A stretch of 64,000 bases of DNA from Octopus vulgaris (GCA_951406725.2 OX597821.1:52762001-52826000); one strand, 5' to 3'. Numbered from the stretch's first letter, positions 28,987 to 42,808 are shown. The notes: generated by a model from the letters alone, not told the origin. Numbers and translations are program-made.

Positions 28987-29105
28987 GTGGCTGTGTGGTA
29001 ATCAGCTGTCTTCCTACACCACATAGTTCCGGGTTCAGTCCCACTGCACGGCACCTTGGATGTTTTCTACTACAGACTCGGACCGACCAAAGCATTGTGA
29101 ATGGA
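28987..29105 (+). mobile_element. SINE family A 5' fragment
   Basis: Matches 59614 onward. Confidence 0.85.
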
Positions 29106-29107
29106 TG

Positions 29108-29339
29108 CAAACGCACCAACACCCGTTGACACGAGGTGATGGGGGACAAACACAGTCACAAACACTCACACATAGATGCCTATATATGACAGGCTTCTTT
29201 CAGTTTCCGTCTACCAAATCACCTCACAAGGCTTTGGTCTGTCCGAGGCTATAGTAGAAGACATTTGCACAAGGTGTCACGCTGTGGGACTGAACCACGA
29301 ACTATTTAGTCGGGAAGCAAGCTTCTTACCACATAGTCA
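29108..29339 (-). mobile_element. SINE family A 5' half, inverted relative to its neighbour
   Basis: Reverse complement of about 59620-59860. Confidence 0.85.
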
Positions 29340-30704
29340 GTCCAAACATTTTGATTCGGGCACATTAGGCTTAAAGTTCCGTAGTTGTCTGACAGAAACT
29401 TAGCGCTTTCATGCCGAGTTAAAGAAATTGAAACATACAGGCAATCAAGAAGGCAAAGAGAAACTGGGCTACTCTGTTGGTCAATGCTGTGAGATCGACA
29501 TTCCAGCAACAACAAATTCAATAGAAAGGGGAATTTATCTACCGTGTCATTGTATTTGACGGTACATGTTTCCTTGAACAAACATGGTGATGGAGTTCGC
29601 GAGGAATACGTGTGTGTGTGTGTGTGTGCCGGGAGGGGGGAGATACTTGCGCATTAATTTTTTTTTGTTTCGTTGTGCTATGTTGTCATTTAATACTTTT
29701 AATAATTAGATGAACGTCGTCGCCGCAGTGAGACACAAGAACGGCAAACGCGTCTCACATTTCTTAAATCTTTTTCAATGCAGGGCATCTGAGTGCCTAG
29801 ATACGCAGAATATGGGTAGTAAAACATTCATCAGTATAGCGAAAATTTGCCTTGTTGTAAAAAAACAAAACAAACAAACTTGGTATAGGTAACTGAAAAA
29901 TGCAAGAAAGGAAAATCGCCACCAGTGTATCATCTGCGAGTTATCTGTGTGATACCTGTATAAGCCTACACACTTTGTAGGAATTTGAATCTTCCGAAAT
30001 CGTTACTCTGGGCAATTTGTTAGCGATGTTCTAACATCGGGAATAGAAAGGGAACTTCTAACTTGTAATATATTAATTCAGACTGCTAATTATGCGAGAT
30101 ATATATTTTCTTCTTTTGCTTACTGTCCCCCGTATTCTTTATGTATATATGTAATGTTGGCTTAATGAATTCAATTCACTGAGAGTTCTCGGTTCGAGCT
30201 TAAGGTTCGGAGTCGTTATGACACGAACATCCTAAATATGCAGACATTTACAGTAGAATTTGAGCAACGTTTAATAAATTAATAGCCATAAATAATGACA
30301 AAATAACAATCAATAAATTTTTATCCAGTCCACATTTGCATAGCCAAACTCTGTCTAGCTCTCTCGCAATATTTTTTTTGATTTCTATCGCATACCTGCA
30401 CTTACACATACGCACACACACACACACGCACACAAACACGCAGAAATACACACACATACGCACACACACGCACACAAACACGCGCAAATACACACACAGA
30501 CGCACACACACAGGTTGTTTTGCATGTATGTATGTGTAAAGACGCAACACCGTCAGGATATTTTGTTAGCGGCGAACATAATTATTTCAATAAAAAAAAA
30601 TGGACATTTAATCCGTAGTCAGCCTATTTAACATTTAAAAACTCCCACAAAATATTTTAAAATGCCACACAAAGACAATTAATCATGCAGAAAAGCATGC
30701 ATAC

Positions 30705-31021
<317 letters not shown>

Positions 31022-31189
31022 CTTCCAACCTCGATGTATATTCATTCAAATGATTGAATACCATTTGCAGTTTATTTTAAATACTGTCACAATGTTCTTC
31101 CTGTTAGGATTTGTATGACCATATGAGAAAGCACAGCTGTGCGATCAACGGATGCACACAAAAAAAAAAACAGTTACGTGGTAAGATAA

Positions 31190-31500
31190 ATGGAGCAAAG
31201 AGGGTTCGATGTAAACCAAATGCGCGTTTCAAAAATATGACAGTTGTCCTTTAAGCAGTTTGAATATGATGCGTACAAACTGAGAGAGTAATGAAATGGA
31301 CCAACCAAAATGTAAGAGAAAAATCTGAGAAGGTGCTTCCTTATTTGAAGATAATAAACAGAAACACGCATTGATAAAAAGAGGAGCAAGATATGAACGG
31401 CTTGTGACGAATGATCCTTCTCACCTAATTTGTGATACCTGCAACCATATTTCTCTCCCCAATCTGGAGTAGTCAATCAGAAGCAGACGCACACACTTAA
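31190..31500 (+). mobile_element. RTE-clade LINE ORF2 C-terminal remnant
   Basis: KPNARFKN...EGASLFEDNKQKHALIKRGAR...LICDTCNH..SQSGVVNQKQTH resembles the RTE EG...FE..R...KR...CxxC..SRxGL.SH.R.H terminal zinc-finger region. Confidence 0.6.
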
Positions 31501-32060
31501 GTCCCCTACAGACATTTTACAGTAGCGATCTCATTGGTTATCTTGCTCTGTTTGCACCAAAGTCTACATGAGGAAGTCAGGGTTGGCAAGCAACATCAAA
31601 TTTCGCAATAACATTTCCCTGTAGTCTTCACAACAAACTCAAGCATCTTCGTGTTGTCTGTGCGGAAACATTTGCAAATCTTTTACATGATTAAAATGTC
31701 ATTTCCTGTCACACAGAATGTAACCGTTTTCTAGTAAATATTCAGTTCTAAATGACCTGCGAGCTTGCGTGTTTTGGTTTTTAACTGATTTGGCACCTAC
31801 GTGTATGTACCCTGTCAGTGGTAGTGTTTTGGAGAGTCGTAGGCGATTAACAAGTCGAGAGCTATCACATACACACACACACAAATACACACGTACATAC
31901 ACATACACACAAACAGACACACGCAGAGACGCGCAAGCAGACTCACACAAACACATACACCACACACAAACACACAGAGACACACAATCAAACGCGTATA
32001 TATATATATATATACATTGATAGATAATGATACACACATATTTGGCTATATATATATATG

Positions 32061-32585
32061 GGAGAATTCACATAAAAGACAAAATACGAAGACAGGTGGT
32101 GTAGACAACAAACAAATGTATTAGTTTAACGTTCGGGAAGTGTAAAAGTCTTTAACGTTTTGAGCCTACACTTTTCTAGAGAAAGGAACACAGAAAGAAA
32201 CAAGGAGAGAAAATAAAGAATGTGTAGCGGCTAGCGATCTATCATGGCGAATGCTGGACAGAGGGATCACACAGGAGTGCTAGAAATAAGGGGAGATAAT
32301 GAAGTAGTGGTGCTCCCAAAACGAAGGTGCGCGTGAGTGTGCATAAGAGAGCATGTATGTGCGTGTGGAAGAGGGCTGGTGAACTTGACGTGTGCGTGTG
32401 TGTATGTGTAGGTGTGTGGATGAGAGTGTGGGGCTGGGAAGTGGTCAGTGCTAGTGTGTGTGTGGTGGTGTGATGTAATGTGGGTGAAGTGGGAGTGGGG
32501 AAAGCAAGGGTGGGGGTAGAGGTAGAGTATGTGGATGTGGATGTAAGGATGAGGAAAATATATATATACGTTAAACTTTGTGGCC
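32061..32585 (-). mobile_element. Interspersed repeat, probably Penelope-like pLTR-derived; related fragment at about 21195-21255
   Basis: Shares ACGAAGACAG..GT...AACAA.CA.ATGT.TTAGTTT with 21213; decayed hammerhead-like GGCTCAAAACGTT on the minus strand; next to (TA)n. Confidence 0.4.
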
Positions 32586-33202
32586 ACTTTGTTATCATTA
32601 TTATTACTATTAATAATAATAATAGTACTTTATATATATAATGGACTGTTACATGATAATCTTGTGAGAGATGAATATTATTTATTTAAAAGACACAATA
32701 CATGTCTTTAAGTGCTATTTCGTATGTTGAGAAATATCCCAAACTACATATGATAACGAACTAAAAGAAGATAATTGGATAAGAGAATAAACCCCCCAAA
32801 AAATGAGAATGCAATATATATAAAGCGCAGAAGGTAAAAAACCGGAAAATGGGAAACACAAGAAGTAATAAGTAAAAAGGTAAAAGAGCTATCCTCCTTG
32901 ACAAGGCTGAAAAGATATCAACAAGTTAATCAGGAATATTTATACATATGCTTGCAACCGCTGAAAATTTCTGTCCGAGAAAATATCGTTAATCAGCCAT
33001 AAATACATTTGGCCAATATATATATTGACAGAGAGAATTAACTCTTCTATGGAAGCAGTGGAAGCACGCTGCTGACAATTCGCACTAGGATGAAACCGTG
33101 CAGTCTAGTATTCGCTCATTGGCCAGTTATCTACCCTGTCAGTATATATAAATGCGCTTTTACGAAGCTATAAGTTGTCTGACTCTTATTTCTAGCAATT
33201 GT

Positions 33203-33395
33203 GCCCCCAACATCGATTGTCAACCGATGCTGATGTGTTTACGGGGACGTAAACACATCAGCATCGGTTGTCAATTGGCGGTTTGGCAAAAGAGACGGAA
33301 ATAATCTGTCCTAGGCTTACAAAGAATGAGTCCTTGGTCGACTGAAGGCGGCGCCTCAGCATGGCCGCAGTCAAATGACTGAAACAAGTAAAAGA
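33203..33395 (+). mobile_element. SINE family A 3' half with an internal inverted duplication
   Basis: AGCATGGCCGCAGTCAAATGACTGAAACAAGTAAAAGA tail is identical to the 59966-60002 tail. Confidence 0.88.
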
Positions 33396-33397
33396 TG

Positions 33398-33399
<2 letters not shown>

Positions 33400-33492
<93 letters not shown>
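33400..33492. repeat. (CA)n microsatellite
   Basis: Directly visible. Confidence 0.98.
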
Positions 33493-33493
<1 letters not shown>

Positions 33494-34565
33494 GTACGTT
33501 ATTGTTAACAAATCATGACTTGCAAAAGAAAAGTGAAATTGATACAAATAAATCCCTCTTGAGTCGAATTACTATATAATTTATGGAACTTCAACCTATA
33601 CATTATTATAGTAATATGAGAATCAACAATATTAGACTAGTTAATAGCACATAAGCCGCGACATGTAGATTCACACCATACCACTATATGCATTCGATTG
33701 TTATGCTTATAAATACTTAGATAAAATTTCACATCCAAATTTTATCGCTGTTCATTTAAAAATAACTTGCATTGTATACAGTGACCGCCTACATTGTCAT
33801 ATGCTTGCAGTGTCGAAAGTTAAAATGTATTGTCTAAAATTGTGAACTTAATTGATTCATAAAAATACACTCCAGGCCTTAAATTGCTTATAGCATCTTT
33901 TGTTCTTAATAATGTTATCATAAAATGTAGTTTAATTCCCGATAGTCCTGTTATAGGATATCTCATGTGAGAAATATTAAACCCTTTCTAAGTAAAGATG
34001 TACCCACATGAAAATAGAACAAATTTTATATAAATATCAAAGAAAATATTAACTACCAGACTGAGTTTCGGAAGTTTTGTTAACGTTATTTATAAGCTTA
34101 ATCTCGTGATAACTAGTGTGACTATTTATAGTGAAATTCATTGTGTTGTTTAAAGTTTACATTGTTCCATCAACAATGCATATATCAAGTTCAGTCAGCA
34201 ACACATAACTTATGCTGATTCATAAATGTGACATTGTTGGGTGCTAATTTAGTTTACAACTTTTTAAATGACTGAATTATGTTCCTCATCTTTATTGTTA
34301 TAAATTTAGCTTCTGTCCGCAGTACTTTACAGAAGTTTTTTCCAGAATTATAAGCGATAAAATATTCCAATACACATGCAAATACCTATTCGACATCCAT
34401 TTATAGTAAAACTTTCAAGGAATTCCTTATCAAATATATATTTCACAAGTAAACAAAATAATTATTTTTACCAGGAATTTAACGAAATATCGATGTTTTG
34501 CTAAACATGAAAACTTTCGTTGTTTGTTCTTGCAGTATGCTATCCACCATTTTGCATGACAAACG

Positions 34566-34898
34566 CTGTTGTTTGTTCCTTGTCGAGCCATATCTCACTT
34601 ATAAGGGCCGGTTTCCTAGGCTTACAAAGAATAAGTCGTTTCCCGGTTTCATTGGCATATAGGTTTACCACCTGGACGGGACGCCGGTCCGTGACAGGTG
34701 AGCTGCTAGATGCGTGAGGAAACAGTGAGAGAAAGTTCTAGCGAAAGAGTCGGTAGAAGTTCGCCATTACCATCCGCCGGAAACGGGTGGAGCTTAGGTT
34801 TTTCCCTCATAAACACACACATCACCCGGTCTGAGATTCGAACCCAGGAGCCCTCGACCGCCAATCCGCTGCTCTAACCACTAGGCCATGTGCTTCCA
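34566..34898 (-). mobile_element. tRNA-derived SINE related to family B, with a different 3' body
   Basis: Minus head TGGCCTAGTGGTTAG (A box) and GGTTCGAATCTC (B box); shares AAAACCTAAGCTCCAC and CTTTCTCTCACT with family B. Confidence 0.8.
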
Positions 34899-35795
34899 CA
34901 TGGTCAACATTAAGTACTTAATATTGTTTACAGGATGATAATTCAGACTAATTATGTTTGGTTTTACCTTATGTAATTACGGTGTTACACAATGAAATAT
35001 ACTTTAATTATAACACTCCTTTGATATAATTATTGATTTTAGTGATATTTAGGGGTGGAACGGGTGGAAAATTATCTTTATGTATTTAAAGCGAGATACA
35101 ATAAATGATAAAATATAGTTAATACATATGTTATTTATTGTCTATTTTCAGACAGTGGAAACATAAAAAGTATTATTTCAGTCAAAGGAACGTAAACGGA
35201 ATCAATAATACAATTACAATTCATCGATTAATTTACCCCTACTTCTCATTCAAACCAATTCACTGGTTGAAAGAATTCTATTGACAAGTATATTCTTGTA
35301 TAAATATAAGTGTAGTAATATGGCATTTATTTATCTATAATTATCCTATAACCACAGAGAAAAATACATTACAAAATGATCTCAGCTAGGAAAACTGAAC
35401 TGCATCAGAAACAGAAAATAGAAGACAAGGCTCTGCTTAGTTTCATGTTCTTTATTTTAAATGGTTCGCACAGATGTTCTTCTTGGTCGTGTCTCCAAGC
35501 TCACTCATGTACATATATATATATATATACAATATTTATCAGACATTATAATGTCTATAGTTCTGAAGATGACTTGAACAATAGAAGCATTGAAGGAGCA
35601 TGTATCAGTTACTTCTGACCGATTTACCGGTTACACAATAGAAAGCCTGACACGTCATGTTTCTCACACTCTTAAACTCTTACTATTATTATCACATGAG
35701 CCTCATATGTTGGACACTTAACGCACCAGTATATAATATAATTATATATATGCATAACCCTGCACATATATATTAGAGACTAAATATGTGTGAGT

Positions 35796-35829
<34 letters not shown>

Positions 35830-36109
35830 TTTGGCAAGTCTGTATCTCAAAGACTAACAAACCTTAATGTATAATAAAACATTAAATTAAACTAGCACTG
35901 ATCCCTGTGTTTTCATAGAATGTAGGGTGTCTACTCACATGTTTAAGAAGTGGTGTTGCTAAGAGCTGAAACATAATCTGATTGCATACAAACAGCTCCT
36001 CGTACTTTACTATTAATTGTTTACTGAAGGACTGCTTCCTCTTTCTGTCGCATGCATCACAAATGTAATTATCTTTTAAACGATGAAGGGCTATAGTTAG
36101 TCAGTCAAC

Positions 36110-36560
<451 letters not shown>

Positions 36561-36793
36561 ATCTATCTAACATATGCGCATTTTTTGTATTAAATGTATT
36601 TAATATTGTTTGTTTATCGAATTGCCTAACCTGCTCATCCTTCCATTTTCTCCTCACCTGCTCAAGTTTAAATCACTTGAGCACAACGAAGTGTATTCTA
36701 TATAGAAAACACCTGTACCTAATCTATTATATATATATATATATATACATCGCTAAGTACAGAAGCAGACCGACAGACACATACGCACACACA

Positions 36794-36824
<31 letters not shown>

Positions 36825-37682
36825 GAATATCTCTTATTAATTTTCAAATGAGAAATTTTCTTTCGCGGAAAGTGAATATTCAGTCCTCACATATAACACG
36901 AGATGGGAAGAAAAGATATCCTGCACACTGCTTTGTAATTCATATGTTTTTGCCTTCATTCACATAACTGATTTGGACGAAAAAATATCAAGTCATTCAT
37001 ATTAGACAAAAGACCATCATTTAGAATGAGAAAAAATCCGTTAACACGTTTCTTTTTATATCCATCATCCCCGAAAAAAGAAATCCAATTATGAAGGTGA
37101 AAAGAATAAAATAATATAAATGAATATTAAATTATTGGTTTACACTTTTAAGTCGTCCGTCTTTAAAATCATGTACCAAGAATAAAGATAAATTAATCTT
37201 TCACCATCATCATATAGCTCCTTTATATTAACTCCCTTCATTTTCGAATTTCCAATATTTTGTTCTGAGACTTTGATGGACATCAAGATAATCAACTTAT
37301 GGCATTCATTTAGATATTTTATTTATTATGTTAATGAACGGCGAATCACAAGGTTTCTTTTCTGTTTACGATATAAAACACACACACACATACGCCCACA
37401 TTGTTGTATTCAGGACGGTCATCTTTTTTTTAGCCAAAGAATCACACGCACTATATATTCTTCCTTCACTCGTTTATTACCGCTCTTATTCTATCTCATG
37501 TCAGTTGTCCGTAAGTATTTCCTCACACATATATAGAGAGATAGCCAGACAGACAGATATTTAAACAGATAGATAGATAGATAGATAGTAAGACAGACAT
37601 GGATGGATGGATGGATGGATAGATAGATAGATATATAGATAGATAGATAGATTACATATAGATTGTTGTTTCCCCACTGATG

Positions 37683-37950
37683 ATCCTGTCATGGTGGACA
37701 GGATTGCATGGAGGTATGATTCTGAGAGTGATACCGTCAGGTGATTTGAACTCCTGGTAGGACCACCCTTGCCTGTAATTTCGAGGACCAGGACTGGGCG
37801 GGACGAATCACAAAAGACCCCAACGCTGAAATAAGTGGACAATGATTACACAGACCTCAACGCTTGCATCAGCGGATGAGAAGGGCTGTGCATAACGGAC
37901 GTGCTACAGAAGGGCGCAATTAAACCATAACCGAGGTGGCGATAGTCCGT
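37683..37950 (+). mobile_element. Probable 5' UTR of an RTE-clade LINE
   Basis: CCTGTCATGGTGG...TGATTCTGAGAG...ACTCCTGGTAGGACCACCC...CAAAAGACCCC resembles, from memory, the conserved 5' UTR of RTE/Expander-type elements. Confidence 0.5.
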
Positions 37951-40900
37951 TGAAGTTTCAAAATGGGATCTTGCATGGATCACTTCCTAGCAAGCTGAGT
38001 TCCAACTTGATGAAATCCATGACTTTAACACTTTTTTCTACTCTGATTGTTTTTTTCTCCAGCCAACGGCGTCAATACAGATGTAAAGTTAATGACTGTT
38101 GCTTTCGTCGAAAATTGGTGAAAAATTTTCCATACACTACTATGAGTAATATAATTCAGTTAACCGATATCTACACATTTGATCGGCAGGAGTCAATTCT
38201 CCATACATTGTTATTGTGTTACCGTCGATTTTTCGCAGGCTTTTACTTATATACTTCTTTATTACCTTAGATTATTAAACGTTAATATGAGATAAGAAAT
38301 TATTTATTTGCGCAGAATATAACACCTGTTAAATTTCAAAAATATTTGCTAGTGTTTATTCAACGATTTCCGAATTTAAACATTCGGTAAAACTTAGTGA
38401 TTTCTAACGAACTAGGAAAAGTTCCAGAGTGTTGATCTTCGATATAACTTACTGAAGAATTTGTGGGAACATAACTTTATGTTTTGTACACCAAATGTTC
38501 AATGAAAATGGTCTACTTATGACTATGATACAAATCATAGTGTTTAATATCTAGAAGACATTCACTAAATAACAACATGTTTTTCTACTTTGCTCTACAC
38601 CACATCACATATGGGTGTCGGTTTCTCTTATAGTCGTGCGGTTTGCTAGCCTAAGTGCAGGGTGTTGTTTTACGAGATACCACTCGCGTGGATGGCTTTT
38701 GGCCCATAATGAACCCAGCTGTCCTACAAGTCTTGTAAAGTGTCGGCAATACCATCCTCGACTATTAGGTCGAGTAGGACAGCTGGTTCAGTCACTGACC
38801 AGCCAATCACGAAGTGGGTAGTACTGGCTTATACGATACCGTCAGCTGGATATTCCTGAAATGAAATAGACATCAACTACGAGAATAATATTATATATGA
38901 CTAACTCACATTATTTATATAATCATGGGAGCATCATTGAAGAAATGTTGTTGCCCATTAGCAGTTTTAACACAGAAAGGTCAGCGTGATCAATTCTGTT
39001 GAAATTTACAGGAAGGTCTTTGTTCGGTAAATCAAATTTACAAAACATTGATCATTTCCTGGATCAGTTTTATTACTGGTATACAGCATCATAATCATAT
39101 TTTCCTCTCCTATATAAACACACAAATAGCTTAATTGGGTTATAAAATATTTTGACTGGGACGTTGTAATAGTACTGGCAAGATGCGAAACATATTTCTG
39201 TTTCTTATTCCTGGACTTGCCTCTCATCGACTGACATATTTCGGTCTGCACAAAAAAAAAATATATATATATATATACAGCTAGATATTTATATATTTAT
39301 ATCATTTAAATTGGTGAAGAACATACAGTATAATGGATATCGCATATGAGATATATATCCGTATTGTTCAGTTGCGTATATTGATAAAAGGAAGAGCTAA
39401 AATGTAAGTGTCAAAAAAATGCTAACAACGAAGTTTTGTAAATGTTATTTATATATTTCATCTCGTGATACCTTACTGAACGTCCAAAATAGTAAATGTC
39501 TTTATCATGTTCTGTATACTGTTAAATATGTAGGTGAATGAAAATAACATGGAAGAGTGAGTCACTGTGTGCATGAATCAGTTTCGAGACAGTTGTGTAT
39601 ATTGGATTGCCTCTACGGGAGATATATCATTTTAAATTCATTACACATCATTATAAAGAAGTAATTGTTGAGTTATTCTATTCTGCGGCAGAGTAATAGT
39701 GGAGTTGTCCTTCGGATTTTAGTAAGACGATTCATGTTACAATGACGTTATTGTGATATATCACTGGGGAAGCCATTTATATCAATATTGCCACGGCTTT
39801 AAGCTTGGCTAATTAATTATGCACATATCAAAACAGACATACAAATGCGCACACACACTTTCTCTGTCTGAGAGACACTTGCCACACACATATGATACAG
39901 GATATTAAATGTATTTTTAGATTTTGCATATAAATCATTTCTACACTATTCCCATCGCAAATAATTTTTCCTACTACAAGTATTTTTTTGTGAGAAATTA
40001 TGAAATGGATGAATGGTAAATTGGCGTATTAGCAAGTCATATTCGTTGCGTTGAATAACGTTAATTCATTTATAAGTACACAAAAGATCTCCATGAAAAT
40101 CAACAGCACAGCAGGGTATTTTCTAAGACAATATTGTGTGGCATATTACGCCAGTATGGGATTTTCTGCAAATTAATGGGCAGCTTTGTTACAATTTAGT
40201 TGAAGACGAAAGGGTATTGACTACCTTTGGACAATAGCCAAATCTAGCTGGAATGATGAGGTTGGGGCTGCGTCTCATTGGATAAAGTGAATCTCACCAT
40301 TTTCTCATTCGCTTCCATGTATCCATTTTACAGCTAGAAGATTCATTTCTCCCTATATAACTTCATACAGTCGTAAAGCAGAGTAAATTTGCAGTATATA
40401 TTGTCGATATCAATTCTTGGTGTCTAAGAAAAAAACAAAATTCATCTACATCTAACATCTAATGGATTCGAATCAGGAAACAAACGATCATGGTGCAACC
40501 TTCTAGTTCAGAATATAACCATGCTTGGCATCACATTATCCATATTTCTTTGAATACCTTTTAACAAAAATGTCAGGCAAAGCATTCAGATACCACATTG
40601 TAGTCCGATGTGTTTGGTTATATTTTTGGGTTTTCTATTGTAAACATTTATTGCTATACACATTCAAAAAATAAGAGGCATATATCTGGCTAGCGTCCCA
40701 CAATATTTGGAGAAAGTTAGAAATAGAATATTCAATTGGACATTTTTTTCCCCACATCGTTAGTGTATGTCTATTATTTTGTGCCCTAATTAAATCTTTG
40801 TCAGAATCTCTTTTAGTACGAGTTTAACATTTGCTTTGTATAATAAAACCGTTAAACATCTGAGGGTGTTATATAACAGTTAGTGCTTTCAAATTATGGA

Positions 40901-41027
40901 TAAAACCTTTTCTGTATCGCGGATCAATTTAATATGAGACAATTCTTCCGCAGACCGAAAATTTTGAGCATAAGAAAACACAATGCAACGCATAATATAT
41001 ACATTCATTATAACATACATACATACA

Positions 41028-41102
<75 letters not shown>

Positions 41103-41214
41103 TGGCTACTGAATAATTGTCACATATTTTATAGATAAATTTCCTCTATTTACATAATATTGAGGTCTCTTGCTTTTGTTATCTTACCGTTTTTACCAAT
41201 ACACACACACACAG

Positions 41215-41284
<70 letters not shown>

Positions 41285-41448
41285 CGAATTGCCTCACCAC
41301 ACACCGAATTTAGAAATAGCAGTCAAAGAGTTATGGCTATTCTTTCTACTAAAAGGGAGATCTTAGTAAAAACACAGCACTTGAAAGGCAAACACAGACA
41401 GGTAAGAGAGAATGAAATGACGGCAATCTATCATACAATTTTATGTCA

Positions 41449-41539
41449 CCTACGGACGTACGTTTCGAAATTAAGTTTTAGGAAAGCATAAGAATTAGAT
41501 AATTATATCTTACCCAACTTCTTTTCTCATCAGCGTAGG
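41449..41539 (-). ncRNA. Type I hammerhead ribozyme (minus-strand copy)
   Basis: Exact reverse complement of 41663-41753. Confidence 0.75.
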
Positions 41540-41662
41540 ACACTACAATTATGAATAATTGTAAATTAAATTTCGAGATACTAGAATCTTGAATTCGAGA
41601 TACTAGAATTCGAGATTCTAGTATCTCGAAATTTAATTTACAATTATTCATAATTGTAGTGT

Positions 41663-41753
41663 CCTACGCTGATGAGAAAAGAAGTTGGGTAAGATATAAT
41701 TATCTAATTCTTATGCTTTCCTAAAACTTAATTTCGAAACGTACGTCCGTAGG
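41663..41753 (+). ncRNA. Type I hammerhead ribozyme
   Basis: Stem I CCTACG/CGTAGG; core CTGATGA (41669-75); long stem II closed by GAAA/TTTC; GAAA (41736-39); palindromic stem III ACGTACGT; GUC cleavage triplet (cut after 41747). Confidence 0.78.
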
Positions 41754-42041
41754 TGACTTAAAATTGTGATGATAGATTGCCGTCATTTCATTCTCTCTTA
41801 CCTGTCTGTGTTTGCCTTTCAAGTGCTGTGTTTTTACTAAGATCTCCCTTTTAGTAGAAAGAATAGCCATAACTCTTTGACTGCTATTTCTAAATTCGGT
41901 GTGTGGTGAGGCAATTCTTTGCTAAACCCTTAATTGCTTAGTATTACTTAAATTTTCCTCGAATGAGGCTTTTACATGCCGAAATCTACTTGGTGTAATT
42001 AATAATTATTCCAAATTAATTAATTTCACCCTATATTGTTA

Positions 42042-42093
<52 letters not shown>

Positions 42094-42808
42094 ACATAAC
42101 ATATCTGTCTATCCATCTATCCATCTATCTATCTATCTATCAATAATGTAAAAGCACCTGTCAGATTACGACAGTCAATAAAAATAGAAATTACATTTAT
42201 AAATGTGCTCCTCCTATGCGGCCGGTAATGACCCGCGGTTCGGTAATTGGAGTCCATTGCCTTATAATATATATTGCACTAGCAGTGATTCGTTGACACA
42301 CATTAGAATATGGAATGGTGGATGCATTGAAATCTGAAATATGGCTCTGTTCAATCTGTTTTATATTTCAGCCACACATCCGTCAACTCACACGCGCCAT
42401 CTTGAAAATTAACAAGGACGATATATATTATAGTCCCTGTCATATTTCGATTATATATACAATAGTATGGTGATGGCCGGATCATCTTTCATGAAAGGCT
42501 TCCAGAACCAACGCCGACCGAGAAATACACAACAAAAGCAATAATCTCTTCATAGTATGATGGCCTGAAACGGCGAGTGTTACATGTCTCTGTTTTGAAC
42601 AGAAAACCGATAGAGGTAATTTAGAAGTTGTCGAAACTTAAGGCAAGAGGTTATCGGACTGTCAATTAAACAAGCTGTGAATTCGAATTACTAGAAATTG
42701 TGCGCAAACCTGGAAATTGCCAATTGCCCAATCATATATAGTGGTATTTTATTGATTTTTCACTGATACACATGTTCTCAAAAGTGCTATGCAAACGCGG
42801 AGTAAGAC

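Larger units (their letters stand above)
41286..42045. mobile_element. Penelope-like pLTR inverted duplication between (TA)n tracts
   Basis: Arms 41286-41596 and 41606-41917 are reverse complements with about 3 differences; the right arm continues about 130 bp; (TA)n on both flanks; hammerhead in each arm. Confidence 0.75.

Noticed and set aside
37677-37705. CTGATGA followed by a perfect hairpin as a possible hammerhead
   Set aside because: No GAAA after the stem and no stem I or III.
39006-39251. Minus-strand acceptor-like T-tract+GCAG with an ~80-codon open frame
   Set aside because: No recognisable protein similarity; the T-tract is a poly-A run next to (TA)n.
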